Below, piece after piece: positions 63,136-64,000 of a DNA stretch of 64,000 bases (position 1 is its first letter; the number at the start of each line of letters is the position of its first letter). A program made the translations under genes and the position numbers. The DNA comes from an uncultured bacterium (GTDB lineage: Bacteria; AUK180), in contig CALMGJ010000029.1 of NCBI GenBank assembly GCA_937863565.1, positions 10,991 to 74,990 of the forward strand. The letters are read 5' to 3'. The notes below the pieces were generated by a model, which worked only from the letters and a program-made list of their open reading frames with translations, did no database searches and was not told where the DNA came from.

Positions 63136-63969
63136 CTACATCGGCAATGGTTCTTTAACACCCATCACATTTATCACGTCATTTATAAGATCGGTCTCGA
63201 TCTTCATATCGCTTTCCTTTAGCTTCCCAATAGCTACGGAAAAGAGGAATTTATTCAATGAGTCCGTCCCGCCCGTACTGTGATTCTGGTAAGAGGCTTT
63301 GATGATGAAACAGTGCAGGTTCATTAGAAGTTCTACCTCCTTCTTGGTGAAACGCGCTCCGAATTCCCCGTAATAATTGTAACTCAAATTACCTTTTAAT
63401 GTCAAGAGCTTTTTTTGCCATCCCAGACTGAAGGTTTGAGTGAATTGTTCATAGTAGTTCAGACGCGTAGAGTAATAGAGGTCCTTAGTGATATGCCCGG
63501 AATGATCGGCTGTGAAAGCCGTTATCCTGCCGGCCGTGAGATCGCAGGATGCGATCATGTTCAATTTGATAGGATACACCGATGCCGAGATGCCGGCGGA
63601 AGGGATCTTCCCGATCGCGAAATCATATGGGAAGTTTATCCGGATATTCGCATAATTTCCCGTCCGCTCTTCCTTTTTGTAAGTGAACGTATTATTCAGA
63701 ACAAAGTTCAATGAGCGCTTTGGTGACGAGAAGCAGGATAATGAACCCGGAGAAAGAAGATTGGCCGTATTCGCGGTATTGAACGAATGCGCATAGGAAA
63801 AGGATATCGAAGGGCTGAACACATGTTTGATCTTCATCCCTTTCATTTCAAACACCCTGTACATGGAACTCCCGAAGGCGACCGCGACTGGTAAGTAAAG
63901 GAAATACTCCGGGTCTCCGTTCACGGTCGAAAATGTGAAGTTGGCCGTTGGCGTCACGTTCATATTCAC
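63136..63969 (-). CDS. Hypothetical beta-rich protein, possibly an outer-membrane beta-barrel; the N-terminus may lie beyond the window end
   Basis: It shows alternating hydrophobic/polar beta-strand-like segments. The minus-strand frame stays open towards 64000, so the listed Met may be internal. Confidence 0.4.
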   Translation of the reverse strand: MNMNVTPTANFTFSTVNGDPEYFLYLPVAVAFGSSMYRVFEMKGMKIKHVFSPSISFSYAHSFNTANTANLLSPGSLSCFSSPKRSLNFVLNNTFTYKKEERTGNYANIRINFPYDFAIGKIPSAGISASVYPIKLNMIASCDLTAGRITAFTADHSGHITKDLYYSTRLNYYEQFTQTFSLGWQKKLLTLKGNLSYNYYGEFGARFTKKEVELLMNLHCFIIKASYQNHSTGGTDSLNKFLFSVAIGKLKESDMKIETDLINDVINVMGVKEPLPM

Positions 63970-64000
63970 TGTGAAGAAAGGTGCCCGGACCGATGAGGGC

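Noticed and set aside
1-64000. Mobile elements, prophage, rRNA, tRNA
   Set aside because: I found no transposase, integrase, phage structural motifs or terminal inverted repeats in any frame. Intergenic gaps are all under 200 nt and none folds into an obvious tRNA cloverleaf by eye. Only a proper tRNA or IS search could confirm absence.

Overview
This is a 64-kb chromosomal window from a moderately AT-rich, Lys/Ile/Phe-rich diderm bacterium. The diderm call rests on a class A PBP, an Lnt-like CN-hydrolase, BatA/BatB and the type IV pilus ATPase PilT. It is probably an uncultivated lineage, and I cannot assign a phylum from sequence alone. I found no rRNA, tRNA, CRISPR array, transposase or integrase by eye. 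Coding density is very high. Genes are mostly packed into long co-directional operons, and adjacent genes often overlap by 1-4 nt at start/stop (ATGA or TAATG), which suggests translational coupling.

Layout, in order:
(i) 1-3.9 kb, minus strand: parvulin PPIase lipoprotein, an untracked 56-aa membrane ORF, a hypothetical gene, rplU, rpmA, batA (reading frame broken at an A9 run) and a partial batB.
(ii) 4.0-17.9 kb, plus strand: an exopolysaccharide/O-antigen-type locus (Wzc-like BY-kinase, Wzx flippase, GT4/GT2 glycosyltransferases, Wzy/O-antigen-ligase-like protein, secreted TIM-barrel GH-like protein), then MntP and an orphan ABC_sub_bind periplasmic binding protein.
(iii) 17.9-30.4 kb, minus-strand operon: tandem-cyclase/NB-ARC-ATPase/TPR signalling protein, standalone triple-PASTA protein, PBP1A, TPR lipoprotein, NHL propeller, GT4, WecA-family transferase and FAD oxidoreductase.
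(iv) 30.5-37.2 kb, minus strand: HD-GYP-TPR, a hypothetical gene, SPFH/prohibitin, a CN-hydrolase (Lnt-like) membrane protein and a large GT-C-like membrane protein.
(v) 37.2-40.6 kb: cdd and hemW on the plus strand, converging on a SAM-methyltransferase / GGDEF-PilZ pair on the minus strand.
(vi) 40.8-55.9 kb, minus strand: a ~15-kb chemosensory-like operon. It encodes a DUF362 Fe-S protein, a cNMP-binding protein, a repeat-bearing CheW-like protein, CheY, a CheC-like protein, CheD, CheB, CheA, CheC, CheW, a TPR protein, a DUF4388-TPR protein, CheR, PilT, a short CheW-like protein, a PHP protein and OsmC. No MCP receptor gene is in the window.
(vii) 56.0-58.5 kb, plus strand: a standalone class-III cyclase-like domain protein, a zinc-ribbon membrane protein and an orphan sensor histidine kinase.
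(viii) 58.5-64 kb, minus strand: DUF364-like, nitroreductase, a large membrane protein, a propeller lipoprotein, dCMP deaminase and a partial outer-membrane-like protein.

All calls come from reading the supplied translations and motifs. No database searches were run.
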